Notes under the pieces: model-generated | Databases searched by the model: none | Told to the model about the DNA's origin: nothing | The model's input: the letters and a program-made list of their open reading frames with translations, nothing else | Assembly: GCA_963845515.1 (NCBI GenBank) | Contig: CAWJSR010000023.1 | Coordinates: forward strand, 128,001 to 192,000 | From: an uncultured delta proteobacterium | GTDB taxonomy: Bacteria > Myxococcota > Myxococcia > Myxococcales > Anaeromyxobacteraceae | Direction: 5' to 3' | Length of the DNA: 64,000 nucleotides | Translations under genes and position numbers: made by a program | Part shown: piece by piece, positions 12,077 to 20,726 of the stretch | How the letters are laid out: the number at the start of each line of letters is the position of its first letter | Numbering within the stretch: the first letter of the stretch is position 1

Positions 12077-13101
12077 GACCGCGCCTCGTCGAGCCCGTAG
12101 ACGTGCACCAGCACGGCGGCCGCCGCGTCGAAGAGCTCCACCGGGATCTCCTCCCCGACCTCCGCGAGCCTGAAGAGCGCCCGGGCGAGCTGGATGTCGC
12201 GGACGATGGGTACGCCGGCTCGCCGCGCCGCCGAGCGGATCCTGGCCGCGCTCGTCCCCGTCCCCTTGGCGAGGACTCTCGGCGCCTCGTCGCGCCCGCG
12301 GCTGTGGGCGAGCGCGACCGCGACGTGAGTGGGGTTCACGACCACCACCGTGGCCCGCGAAACCGGACCCGCGTCGAGGACGGCGCGCTGAAGGCGACGG
12401 CGCTCGGCCCGCAGCTGCGGATCACCTTCGTCCTCCCGCGCCTCGCGGCGCACCTCGTCTCGGGTCATCATGAGCGCGCGCCGGTGTCGGCGGCGCGCGA
12501 GCGCCAGGTCGAGCGCGCCGAAGGCGAGCGCAGCCAGGGCGAGCCTGACGCAGAGTGGACCGAGCTGCGTCGACCGCCAGAGCGCCACGGCGCCGAGCCG
12601 TGGCAGCCCGCCGAGAGTCCGGCCGTGCCCCGCGAGCCACCCCACGAAGAGGCCGACCGCCACCGCAGCCTTCGCGAGCCCGAGGACGACGCGCACCAGC
12701 GCGGCCGGCGACGCGAGACGGCGGAGCCCCTTGAAGGGATCCAGCCGCTCGGCGCGAGGCTGAAGCGGCGCCAGCGACACGAGCAGGCCGGACTGGAGCG
12801 AGGCCACGCAGCCCGCCGCGAGGGCGGGGACCAGGAGGAATGGGGCGGCGACGTGCGCCAGCAGGAGCGCCGCGCCGCTCGCGGCGGAAGCGGGCGCCGG
12901 CGCGGTGCCGGCCGCCATGAGGGAGGCTTGGAGTGCGCGGCCGAGCTGCGCGACGCACCAGGGGCCGAGCGCGAAGAGCACGGCAAGCCCAGAGGCGAGC
13001 GCAGCGGCAGCAGGGAGCTCGCGGCCGAGCGCGATCTCTCCTCTCCGGCGGGCTTCACGAAGCCGCCGCGGCGTAGGCTGCTCGGTGCGTGCGTCGCTCA
13101 T
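12073..13101 (-). CDS. sctU: T3SS SctU (FlhB family)
   Basis: TEQPTPRRLREARRRG N-terminus, EGDPQL, NPTH autocleavage motif, LARALF. Confidence 0.92.
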   Translation of the reverse strand: MSDARTEQPTPRRLREARRRGEIALGRELPAAAALASGLAVLFALGPWCVAQLGRALQASLMAAGTAPAPASAASGAALLLAHVAAPFLLVPALAAGCVASLQSGLLVSLAPLQPRAERLDPFKGLRRLASPAALVRVVLGLAKAAVAVGLFVGWLAGHGRTLGGLPRLGAVALWRSTQLGPLCVRLALAALAFGALDLALARRRHRRALMMTRDEVRREAREDEGDPQLRAERRRLQRAVLDAGPVSRATVVVVNPTHVAVALAHSRGRDEAPRVLAKGTGTSAARIRSAARRAGVPIVRDIQLARALFRLAEVGEEIPVELFDAAAAVLVHVYGLDEARS

Positions 13102-13877
13102 GGAGCCGCCCCCGGCGCGAAGAGGGTTGGAGCTCGGCCCGCGAAGGCCACGAGCGAGACCAGACGGCCGGCGACCGCCGAGGCGGCGAGCGCGAGCGCA
13201 GCGAGCCCCAGCGCGGCACGGGCCGGCTGCGCGGCGCTCCCGGCGCCCACCCCCGGCGAGAAGCGCTCGACGGTGGCGATGGCGAGGTCGGCGGCCAGGA
13301 TCCCGGCGGCCGCCGGTGCCGCGATGGCGAGCGCACAGGAGAGCAGCTCGGCGGCGAGCCGAAGTCCGCCCTCGCCGAGAAGACGGGCGTCGACGGGAGC
13401 ACCCGGCGCGAGGCGCGCGAAGGTGCCGAGCAGGCCGTGGAGGAGGAGCCGATCCCCGCCGGTCCACGCCGCGAGGACCACGCACCACTGCGCGAGCAGG
13501 TCGCCGGTCGCCGACTCGCGCTGCCGGATCGGGGCGACGTGAAGCTCCGAGAGGGTCGCGCCGCGCAGCGTGTCGGTGAGCCGGCCCGCAGCGCGCGCCG
13601 CTTCCACGGGGAGCATCCCTGCCAGCGCCAGGGCGGTGCCCAGCGCGAGCTCGCGCACCGCTGCCGCGACGAGGGCGGCTCCGTCAGCGGCGGAGGCAAA
13701 TGCCGCCCCTGCCCCCTGCGCGCCGGCCCAGCCGAGCGCCAACGCCAGCCCGATCCGGACCGGCGGCGGGACGAGCGGCCCGCCGAGGAAGGGCGACAGG
13801 AGCGCAGTAGGAAGGAGCCTGAGGGCGGCGAGCAGGATACCCGCGAGCACCCCGGCGTCGGCGATGGAGCCGTTCAT
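13098..13877 (-). CDS. sctT: T3SS SctT (FliR family)
   Basis: Hydrophobic; PFLGGPLVPPPVRIGL, AAGRLTDTLRG; lies between sctS and sctU. Confidence 0.85.
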   Translation of the reverse strand: MNGSIADAGVLAGILLAALRLLPTALLSPFLGGPLVPPPVRIGLALALGWAGAQGAGAAFASAADGAALVAAAVRELALGTALALAGMLPVEAARAAGRLTDTLRGATLSELHVAPIRQRESATGDLLAQWCVVLAAWTGGDRLLLHGLLGTFARLAPGAPVDARLLGEGGLRLAAELLSCALAIAAPAAAGILAADLAIATVERFSPGVGAGSAAQPARAALGLAALALAASAVAGRLVSLVAFAGRAPTLFAPGAAP

Positions 13878-14146
13878 GGCGCGATCCGGGCGACGAGCGC
13901 GAGACAGTCCCCGGCGAAGCGAACCAGCCGCGCGCCGATCCAGGGACCGGCGACCAGCAGGGCGCCGAGCACCGCAGCCAGGCGCGGCACGACGCCGATC
14001 GAGGGCTCCTGGACCTGCGTCGCCGCCTGGGCGATCCCCGTCACCAGCCCGACCAGGAGCGCGGCGCCGAGCGGAGGGGCGGAGACGAGGAGCGCCAGGA
14101 CGAGCGCCTCGCGGGCAAGGTGCAGGAGGGTGGGGTCGAAGGACAC
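13874..14146 (-). CDS. sctS: T3SS SctS (FliQ family)
   Basis: About 90 aa; VGLVTGIAQAATQVQEPSIGVVPRL; GTG start at 14146. Confidence 0.88.
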   Translation of the reverse strand: MSFDPTLLHLAREALVLALLVSAPPLGAALLVGLVTGIAQAATQVQEPSIGVVPRLAAVLGALLVAGPWIGARLVRFAGDCLALVARIAP

Positions 14147-14148
14147 GG

Positions 14149-14826
14149 CTAACCCCCGTAGGAGAGGACGAGGCTGCGCGCGAGGAGCCGCCAGCCATCC
14201 ACGCCGACGAAGAGGAGGAGCTTGAAGGGGAGCGCGACGGTCGTCGGCGAAAGCTGCGTGAGCCCCAGGGCGAGGAGCACGTTGGCGACGAGCAGGTCGA
14301 CGACCAGGAAGGGCACGAAGACGAGAAAGCCGATCGTGAAGGCGCGGCGGAGCTCGGACACTACGAAGGCGGGGGCGAGGACCGTGAAGTCGTCGGCTGA
14401 AGGAGCGGCGCGAAGCTCCCCACCCGTCCGGCGTGCGACGTCCGCGAAGGTCTCCCGGTCCTCCGGGCGGGCGTGGCGCCGGAGGAAGGCGCGCAGCGGC
14501 TCTGCGCCACGCCGGACCTGGGCGAGGCTCGCCGCGAGCCCGTGCCCCGCCGAGGGCGCCCCGGCCGCGGCGAGGGACGCATCGGCAACCGGTGCCATCA
14601 CCGCAAAGGTGAGGAGGAGGGCGAGCCCGGTGATCACCGTGTTGGGAGGGATCTGGGGGGCGCCAAGGGCGTGGCGCAGGACGGAGAGGACGACCGAGAT
14701 CTTCAGGAAGGCCGTGAGCGTGACGAGCGCGACCGGAGCGAGCGAGACGGCGGCGATCAGCAGGATCAGCTCCGCCGGCCGCTCGCCGATCGGACCGGCA
14801 GCGGGGAGGATCGCGGCGGCGATCAT
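14149..14826 (-). CDS. sctR: T3SS SctR (FliP family)
   Basis: TAFLKISVVLSVLRHALGAPQIPPN, PAFVVSELRRAFTIGF, LPFKLLLFVGVDGW. Confidence 0.93.
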   Translation of the reverse strand: MIAAAILPAAGPIGERPAELILLIAAVSLAPVALVTLTAFLKISVVLSVLRHALGAPQIPPNTVITGLALLLTFAVMAPVADASLAAAGAPSAGHGLAASLAQVRRGAEPLRAFLRRHARPEDRETFADVARRTGGELRAAPSADDFTVLAPAFVVSELRRAFTIGFLVFVPFLVVDLLVANVLLALGLTQLSPTTVALPFKLLLFVGVDGWRLLARSLVLSYGG

Positions 14827-15191
14827 GGTGCCTCCCGCTGCGGCCGCCCCGAGCCGAGATCGGCGAGCAGGCGGACGCCGTCGCCTCCGCAGCCGACGAC
14901 GAGCGTGCGCCCATCCACGCGCAGGAGCGCCACCGAGGCATCGCGGGAGAGCGGCCTGAGTTCAGCCACCTCGATCAGCCGGGCGGGCGGCGCGGCGGAC
15001 CCGCGCCCGCGCAGGGCAAAGGCGAGGGCGCCGAGCGCGAGCACGGCGAGCGCCGCGCGCCCGGCGGTCGAGAGGAGCGGATCGTCGGCGAGGGCGAGCA
15101 GGAGCGCCGCGGACCCCACCCCGGCCACGAGGAGGGCGCGGGTGCGGGGTGGGGCCGCGGCAAGGCGCGAGCGAAGCGAAGACGCTGGCAT
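14823..15191 (-). CDS. FliO-like small membrane protein
   Basis: TM segments then LRPLSRDASVALLRVDGRTLVVGC (FliO-type beta domain); directly upstream of sctR. Confidence 0.65.
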   Translation of the reverse strand: MPASSLRSRLAAAPPRTRALLVAGVGSAALLLALADDPLLSTAGRAALAVLALGALAFALRGRGSAAPPARLIEVAELRPLSRDASVALLRVDGRTLVVGCGGDGVRLLADLGSGRPQREAP

Positions 15192-16177
15192 CACGGTCGC
15201 TCCACGAGGGAGTCGATCCGGACGCCGACGCTCCCCTCGACATCGACGAGCTGGCCGCGAGCGATGGCGCGGTCGCCCAACCTGAGCGAGACCAGCCCAC
15301 GGCGGTCGATCGGGAGCGGCAGGATCGCCCCAGGCTCCAGCCGCGCCAGGTCGCCCAGGGTGATGGGCACGCGAGCCAGCTCGACCTCGACGTTGATGGG
15401 CCACTCGGAGCGCGCGGTGTCGGGCATCTGGATCTCCTCGACGAGCAGGCCGTCTTCGGACTCCCCGCCGACGACGCGGAGCCCGCCCGGGGCGACGGCG
15501 GTGAGCCGCCCGGGGGGCGACGGATCGAGCAGGACGACGTCGCCGACGGCGAGCGCTGCGACCTCCTCGGGGCTGAGCGGTGCTGAGCCCCCGCGAAGGG
15601 ACAGCTCCAGCTCGATGACGCTCGAGGGTTGGCCTCGCGCACACTCGTCGCCGAGAGCCTTCACGGCTGCCGCGGGGAGTACGACGCGGGCGTGGCCGGA
15701 GCCTGCGCCGAGCGAGACGGTGAGGTCGATGGCAAGTCCCCCGGTCGGCTCACCGGCCCAGCGAGCCAGCCGGGGAGCGAGCCGCGCCTCCACCTCCGGG
15801 AGCGCGGAGAGCGCCGCGAGCGCAGAGAGCGTCGCCAGCTCGACGGCCGCGCCCTCGAGCGGAGTGAGCGAGGTGGCCGGTGCCGGCGCGCCCTCGCCGC
15901 CGCAAAGCCGATCGAGCAGCGTGACGGCAAGCGGCGCATCTACCTCCACGACTGCGGTGCCGGGGAGCGCCGCAAGCTCTACGCGAAGACGGCCGACCCC
16001 GGCGCCCGGTGCGGGGACGACCGGGAGCGGCCGCCCCGTCACGGTCACGGCGCCACCGGTCAGAACAGCCAGGGCATTGGCGACCTCCGCGGCGGCGCGG
16101 AGTCCCAGCTCCGCCATCCCAGGCGTGAGCATGGCGAAGCCGCGGGAGACGGTTGGGAGGTCGAACGGGAGCGCCAT
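15191..16177 (-). CDS. sctQ: T3SS C-ring/sorting platform SctQ (FliM/FliN SPOA domains)
   Basis: Tandem SPOA motifs LAVGDVVLL and VEVELARVPITLGDLARLEPG...IARGQLVDVEGSVGVRI. Confidence 0.85.
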   Translation of the reverse strand: MALPFDLPTVSRGFAMLTPGMAELGLRAAAEVANALAVLTGGAVTVTGRPLPVVPAPGAGVGRLRVELAALPGTAVVEVDAPLAVTLLDRLCGGEGAPAPATSLTPLEGAAVELATLSALAALSALPEVEARLAPRLARWAGEPTGGLAIDLTVSLGAGSGHARVVLPAAAVKALGDECARGQPSSVIELELSLRGGSAPLSPEEVAALAVGDVVLLDPSPPGRLTAVAPGGLRVVGGESEDGLLVEEIQMPDTARSEWPINVEVELARVPITLGDLARLEPGAILPLPIDRRGLVSLRLGDRAIARGQLVDVEGSVGVRIDSLVERP

Positions 16178-16646
16178 GAGAGGCGTGGAATTCACGGTGC
16201 GTGCCAGGGAAGGATGGCTGCAAGATCGCGGTCCGTGGGCCGTGGCTGGGGTCGCCCCGCGGCCGCCGAGGTCGCGGATTCGGTCCTTGAACCCCTTCGA
16301 GCCGCTCCACGAGGATGCGGCGCAGGGCGGACCGGGCATCACGCGGGGCGTCGTGGCCTTCCCCGTCGAGAAGCGCCCGCAGGGCCGTCGCGGTCCTCGG
16401 GCGCTCCGCCGCCGCCTGCGCCGCGATCACCTCGTGGCGGACCGTCGCGTCCTCCGCGCCTCCGAGCGCGGTGGCCAGCGCTGCCAACCTTCCCGCGCGA
16501 GGCGCTGCGGCAGCCAGCTTCGCTGCCTCGACGAGCGCGGCGGTGTCCGGCGCCGCCATGCGTGCCGCGAGCTCGCCGGCGCGCAGGGGCGCGAAGACAG
16601 CCATGAGGGCCAGGAGCCGGCCGTCCTCCGTGACGGGCGCCGTCAC
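16178..16646 (-). CDS. Ala-rich hypothetical T3SS-cluster protein (SctK-like position); 3' end uncertain
   Basis: Start overlaps the sctJ stop (16643-16646). The ORF runs on to 15750 inside sctQ, but the sequence looks protein-like for only about 120 aa, so the true stop is probably lost to an indel. Confidence 0.45.
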
Positions 16647-17374
16647 GGGGTGGTGGGCCGGAAGATGGGCCAGCGCAGGCGTCGGCGCAGCGCGAGCAGC
16701 GCGAGCAGCAGCGCGACAGCCGCGAGGGAGGCCGCTGCGGCGCCCCTCCAGCCCGGGCGCGCGCGGGCGGCCGGCGCGGGGGGCGGGGCCGCGCTCGCCT
16801 CCGTCACGAGGACCGAGACCGCGTCGGTCGAGAGTCCGTCCGCGGCACCAGCGACGAGCGCGCGAATGCCGGGCTCCAGCGCCCGCACGGCGCCGCAGGC
16901 CGCAGGGCGGCAGCGGACGAGCACAGCGGCACGCGGCGGTCGTCGATCGCCCGGGCGGAGCGGATCGTCCTGCGGGAGGCCGAGGTGAACCCGTGCCTCC
17001 ACCACGCCGTCGAGCGTCCCGACGCTGCGGGAGAGCTCTCCGGACAGGGCGTGCAGGTAGCGCGCGTGCTCCTCGACGGGGGTGGGGACCATCCCTCCCC
17101 CAGCGAAGAGCTCGGCGAAGCCCTGCGCGCGCGCCCGGGGCAGCTCGCGGTCCGAGAGGATCCTGCGGGCCCTCGCCGTGTCGCCGGAGGGGACCGTCAC
17201 GGTCCAGCCCCCGTCGCTACCGTCCGCGCGCCGCTTCTCGCCCGGTACTCCCTCCTCCTCCAGGGCCACCAGCACGTCGTTGGCCTGCGGCTCGTCGAGG
17301 CCGTGGAGGAGCTCCTCGCCGGCGCAGCCTGCGAGGAGGAGGAGCACAGAAGCGAGCGCGCGAGCGGGGGGCAT
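16643..17374 (-). CDS. sctJ: T3SS inner-membrane ring lipoprotein SctJ
   Basis: Lipobox LAGC, LLHGLDEPQANDVL, ELSRSVGTLDGVVEARVH, C-terminal TM. Confidence 0.9.
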   Translation of the reverse strand: MPPARALASVLLLLAGCAGEELLHGLDEPQANDVLVALEEEGVPGEKRRADGSDGGWTVTVPSGDTARARRILSDRELPRARAQGFAELFAGGGMVPTPVEEHARYLHALSGELSRSVGTLDGVVEARVHLGLPQDDPLRPGDRRPPRAAVLVRCRPAACGAVRALEPGIRALVAGAADGLSTDAVSVLVTEASAAPPPAPAARARPGWRGAAAASLAAVALLLALLALRRRLRWPIFRPTTP

Positions 17375-17387
17375 CGGCCGACTCCTC

Positions 17388-17759
17388 TCAAACCTGCGCG
17401 TGCAGCGCCTGCTTCACGGCCTGCGCTCCCTGCTCGACGAGCTTCGCGGAGAGCTCCACCGTCTGGGAGTACCGGTACGCCTCGCCCTGGAGTGACATCA
17501 GCTCCTGGGCGGTGAAGGTCCGGCCCGACCGGGCCATGGCGAGCAGGCCGTCGAGCCGGGCCTGCGCACGCTCGATCCCATGCAAGGCGCTGGAGGCCGC
17601 GGCGGCGACCCGGCTCCCTGAGGCCTGCGATGGCGGCGGGGCGACGTGCGACGAGCGCGCCTCCATGAAGGCCCCGAAGCTCGGACCGCAGGGGGGGCCG
17701 CCGGCTGCCGGTGAGACTGGGGTCGTCGAGGCGACGGCGCCGACGGGGGCGAGCGGCAT
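17388..17759 (-). CDS. SctI-like inner-rod protein
   Basis: 123 aa immediately upstream of sctJ; C-terminal ELMSLQGEAYRYSQTVELSAKLVEQGAQAVKQALHAQ resembles YscI/HrpB termini. Confidence 0.65.
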   Translation of the reverse strand: MPLAPVGAVASTTPVSPAAGGPPCGPSFGAFMEARSSHVAPPPSQASGSRVAAAASSALHGIERAQARLDGLLAMARSGRTFTAQELMSLQGEAYRYSQTVELSAKLVEQGAQAVKQALHAQV

Positions 17760-17781
17760 GGGCGGTCTCCTCGTCCGCTGG

Positions 17782-18294
17782 TCAGTGGATGTTGCCGATG
17801 GCCGCGCGAGCCGTGTCGTGCTTGATCTTCATCACGTTCGAGAGGGCGGTGAACTCGCGGTTCTCGCGCTGCATCGCCTCCTGCAGCTGGAGGTACTGAG
17901 CGTTGAAGGCCTGCGACTCCGCCTGGAGCGACCGGGCCGCAGAGAGCGCCTCCGTGTCGCTAGTCGTGCCCGCACCGGTCCCAGGTGTGGCTGCGCCGCC
18001 GGACGTGAGCGACGAGGCGCCGGCGAAGGTCGACGGGCCCAGCGCGGCGGTGCCTCCTCCGAGGAAGGGCGCCGCGCCCGCCACAGGAGCCGCGCCGGGC
18101 GCGGGCTGCGTCGCGGCGCGCACGGCGCCCAGCAGGAAGGTGCCGCCGGGGATCCGCGGGGCGGCCAGCTCGAGCCCGCCGGCGACGGTCCGGGCCAGGT
18201 GGTTGGCGACGTTCTGGAGTGCGACGTCGAAGCGACCGGGCATCGACTGGCGCGGGGTGGTGGGGACGACGTGGATCGAGTCGATTCGGTTCAT
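17782..18294 (-). CDS. Putative T3SS needle/filament subunit (SctF/Bsp22-like C-terminus)
   Basis: GAGGAG RBS, ATG at 18294; ends YLQLQEAMQRENREFTALSNVMKIKHDTARAAIGNIH; first gene of the operon. Confidence 0.6.
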   Translation of the reverse strand: MNRIDSIHVVPTTPRQSMPGRFDVALQNVANHLARTVAGGLELAAPRIPGGTFLLGAVRAATQPAPGAAPVAGAAPFLGGGTAALGPSTFAGASSLTSGGAATPGTGAGTTSDTEALSAARSLQAESQAFNAQYLQLQEAMQRENREFTALSNVMKIKHDTARAAIGNIH

Positions 18295-18319
18295 GTGGTT
18301 CTCCTCGCCGGTCATGAAG

Positions 18320-18335
18320 AGCAACGTCCGTGCCG
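18320..18335 (-). promoter_or_regulatory. Sigma-54 (-24/-12) promoter of the T3SS-like operon
   Basis: Minus strand CGGCACGGACGTTGCT with exact GG-N10-GC spacing, 25 nt upstream of the first ATG. Confidence 0.75.
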
Positions 18336-18439
18336 TCGCGGGCCGAGCGCAGATCCGCGCCGCCACGAGGAGGCGGGTCGACGGGCGGTCGCTGCGCGGA
18401 CGGGGGGGACGCGGCGCGGACCGTGGTAACTTCGTCCCG

Positions 18440-19759
18440 ATGCCGAAGGAGTACCTCCGCCGGATCTCCGACCAGATCGTCGCCGCGCAGCGGCCGATCA
18501 AGGTGCTGCGGGCCATCAACTGGGGGCCCGACGTCCACGCCCGCTTCTTCAAGCACAACGCGCGGGAGCTGCCGCGGCCCGAGTACCCGGCGCTCGGCTT
18601 CGAGCCCGAGGAGAAGATCAAGGAGCTGCGCGCCGTCCGCCGCCAGATCCGCGGTCGGAACCCGGTGGAGGAGCTCCTCCGCAAGCGGTGCGACGAGTTC
18701 ATCCTCATCGTCCAGATGCTGGCTGGGCGGGGCACGAAGCGCTTCTACGAGATCTCGCGGCGCGTCTACGGCGATCCGCGGGACCGCTTCCCGGATCACG
18801 ACGTCGACAACCTGGCCATCGCGAGGCTCTGGGCCTCCCGCCCGCGGGCCCGCGACGAGGAGCAGAGCTTCACGGCGGAGAAGGCGGCCACGCTCATCAC
18901 GCAGATCTGCAACCCTCTCCTGGGCGGGCACGTGAAGGTCACCGTCCGGCGCCGGCTGACCGCCAACGCCGCCGCGGGGGCGACGCGGGTGACGCTGCGG
19001 AAGGGCGCGCGCTTCTCGGAGCGGCAGGTGCTGGCGCTCGCGCAGCACGAGGCCCTCTGGCACGTCCTCACCTCGATGAACGGCTTCAGGCAGCCGATCC
19101 TGCCGGTGCTGGGGGTTGGCCTCCCGCGCAGCTACGAGAGCCAGGAGGGGGGCGGGATCGTGGCGGAGTACATCACCGGCCACATCACCGACGAGCGGTT
19201 CATCGAGCTGGGGGAGCGGACGATCGCCATCGACATGGCGGCGCGCGGCGCCGACTTCCTCGAGGTCTACCGGTACCTGCTCGCGCGCTTCCCGCCGGAG
19301 AAGGCGGCGCTCATGAGCGAGCGGGTCTTCCGCGGCGGCGTGGTCGAGGGGGGCGCGCCGTTCACCAAGGACGCCGCGTACCAGCGCGGCTACTGCCGCA
19401 CCTTCAACTTCCTGCGCGCGGCGCTGGAGCAGCGCGACATCGATCTCGTGCGGGCGTTCCTATGCGGGAAGATGAGCGTCGACGATGCCGAGCTGATCCG
19501 CGACCTGGTCGAGGAGGGGCTCTGCGTCGGGCCCGTCTACCTGCCGGAGTGGTTCATCGACATCGATCGCCTCAACGCGATCATCACCCACAGCGTCACG
19601 ATGAACCGGTTCAGCCTGCCGAGCGTCACCCGCTACTACGCCAAGCGGCGCAAGCGGAAGGAGACGCAGGGCGAGCTGGTCTGGCGCCACCGCGACGTCT
19701 CCGACTCGGAGGAGCCGCCAGACGTCGCGGGGGCGGACGAGGGGGACATGGGGGAGTAG
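18440..19759 (+). CDS. DUF1704 / QEGLA-motif family metallo-carboxypeptidase-like protein
   Basis: HEALWHVLTSMNG (HExxxH), QEGGG (QEGLA variant), RVFRGG, FTKDAAYQRG. Confidence 0.8.
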   Translation: MPKEYLRRISDQIVAAQRPIKVLRAINWGPDVHARFFKHNARELPRPEYPALGFEPEEKIKELRAVRRQIRGRNPVEELLRKRCDEFILIVQMLAGRGTKRFYEISRRVYGDPRDRFPDHDVDNLAIARLWASRPRARDEEQSFTAEKAATLITQICNPLLGGHVKVTVRRRLTANAAAGATRVTLRKGARFSERQVLALAQHEALWHVLTSMNGFRQPILPVLGVGLPRSYESQEGGGIVAEYITGHITDERFIELGERTIAIDMAARGADFLEVYRYLLARFPPEKAALMSERVFRGGVVEGGAPFTKDAAYQRGYCRTFNFLRAALEQRDIDLVRAFLCGKMSVDDAELIRDLVEEGLCVGPVYLPEWFIDIDRLNAIITHSVTMNRFSLPSVTRYYAKRRKRKETQGELVWRHRDVSDSEEPPDVAGADEGDMGE

Positions 19760-19762
19760 GGG

Positions 19763-20668
19763 TCAGGCCAGGCGCGTCCCGCTCGAGCCGTGACGCCGCA
19801 GGTGGACCAGCCCCGCGTAGCGCGGATCGTCGGGGTTGGACTCGATCGCCGCCCGCTCTTCGGCGTAGCCCTTGGTCGCGTAGCCCCCGAAGAGCGCGCG
19901 GTCGGCGCCGATCGGGCAGACCTTCACGCAGACGCCGCAGGGGAAGTGCTTCTCCGCGCGGAGCGTGACGTGGTGGCGCGTGCAGGCCTCCTTGTCCATG
20001 TCGCCGACGACGCGATCGTCGCGGTGCTTCAGCGCGCCGACCGGGCAGAGCCGCTCGCAGACGCGGCAGCCGTCGCACTGCTCGGCCGCGAGCAGCGGGC
20101 TCCCCGGCAGCGCGGCCGCCGTGAAGACCGAGCCGAAGCGGACGCGAGGGCCATACTGGGGCGTGACGAGGTTGTGGGAGAGGCCGATCGTACCGAGCCC
20201 CGCGTACTTCGCCGACATGACGTGGCTGAAGGCGGCGAAGGGTCTCTGGAGGAGCACCTCCAGGCTCCCGTAGCCGTCGCGCGGGAGGAAGAACGAGCCG
20301 TGGCCGCGGTCGTTGAGCCAGACCGAGAGCCGGTAGCCGAGATCGTCGAGCTGACGGTTCGCGGTGTTGTACTGCTCCTGGTAGTTGATCGACGGCGTCG
20401 AGTCGATGATCGGCAGGAGGATCGGGACGGCGAAGGTGATCACCGAGCGGGCCTGCGGCCAGATCCGGTCCGGCCGGTAGGGCTCCGGCACGATGCCGTC
20501 CTCGGCCCAGCGCCCGACCGGCGCGACGCCGACGAGGCTCGCGCCGAGGGTCCTGGCCTGGCCCAGGATCCGCTGCTGGAGGATGGCGCCGGGGTGGCGC
20601 GCGGTCGACCGCGCCACGCGGGCTGGTGGCGCGGGCTTGCGTCGCTGGCGCGAGGTGCGAGGGGGCAT
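19763..20668 (-). CDS. QueG/reductive-dehalogenase-like 2x[4Fe-4S] protein
   Basis: AKYAGLGTIGLSHNLVTPQYGPRVRFGSVFT, CDGCRVCERLCP, C...CGVCVKVCP. Confidence 0.8.
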   Translation of the reverse strand: MPPRTSRQRRKPAPPARVARSTARHPGAILQQRILGQARTLGASLVGVAPVGRWAEDGIVPEPYRPDRIWPQARSVITFAVPILLPIIDSTPSINYQEQYNTANRQLDDLGYRLSVWLNDRGHGSFFLPRDGYGSLEVLLQRPFAAFSHVMSAKYAGLGTIGLSHNLVTPQYGPRVRFGSVFTAAALPGSPLLAAEQCDGCRVCERLCPVGALKHRDDRVVGDMDKEACTRHHVTLRAEKHFPCGVCVKVCPIGADRALFGGYATKGYAEERAAIESNPDDPRYAGLVHLRRHGSSGTRLA

Positions 20669-20726
20669 GTGGTTCCTCCGGCTGGCTGGCGGGCAGGGAC
20701 CCGGAGGCCCCCGCCCGCCCGGGCCT

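Noticed and set aside
16219..16236. Second sigma54 promoter upstream of sctQ (GGACCGCGATCTTGCA)
   Set aside because: GG-to-GC spacing is 11 nt rather than 10 and the -24 box is poor; it would be valid only if there is an indel.
10073..17374. Flagellar biosynthesis operon
   Set aside because: It has an SctJ lipoprotein rather than FliF, and no rod, hook, flagellin or motor genes.
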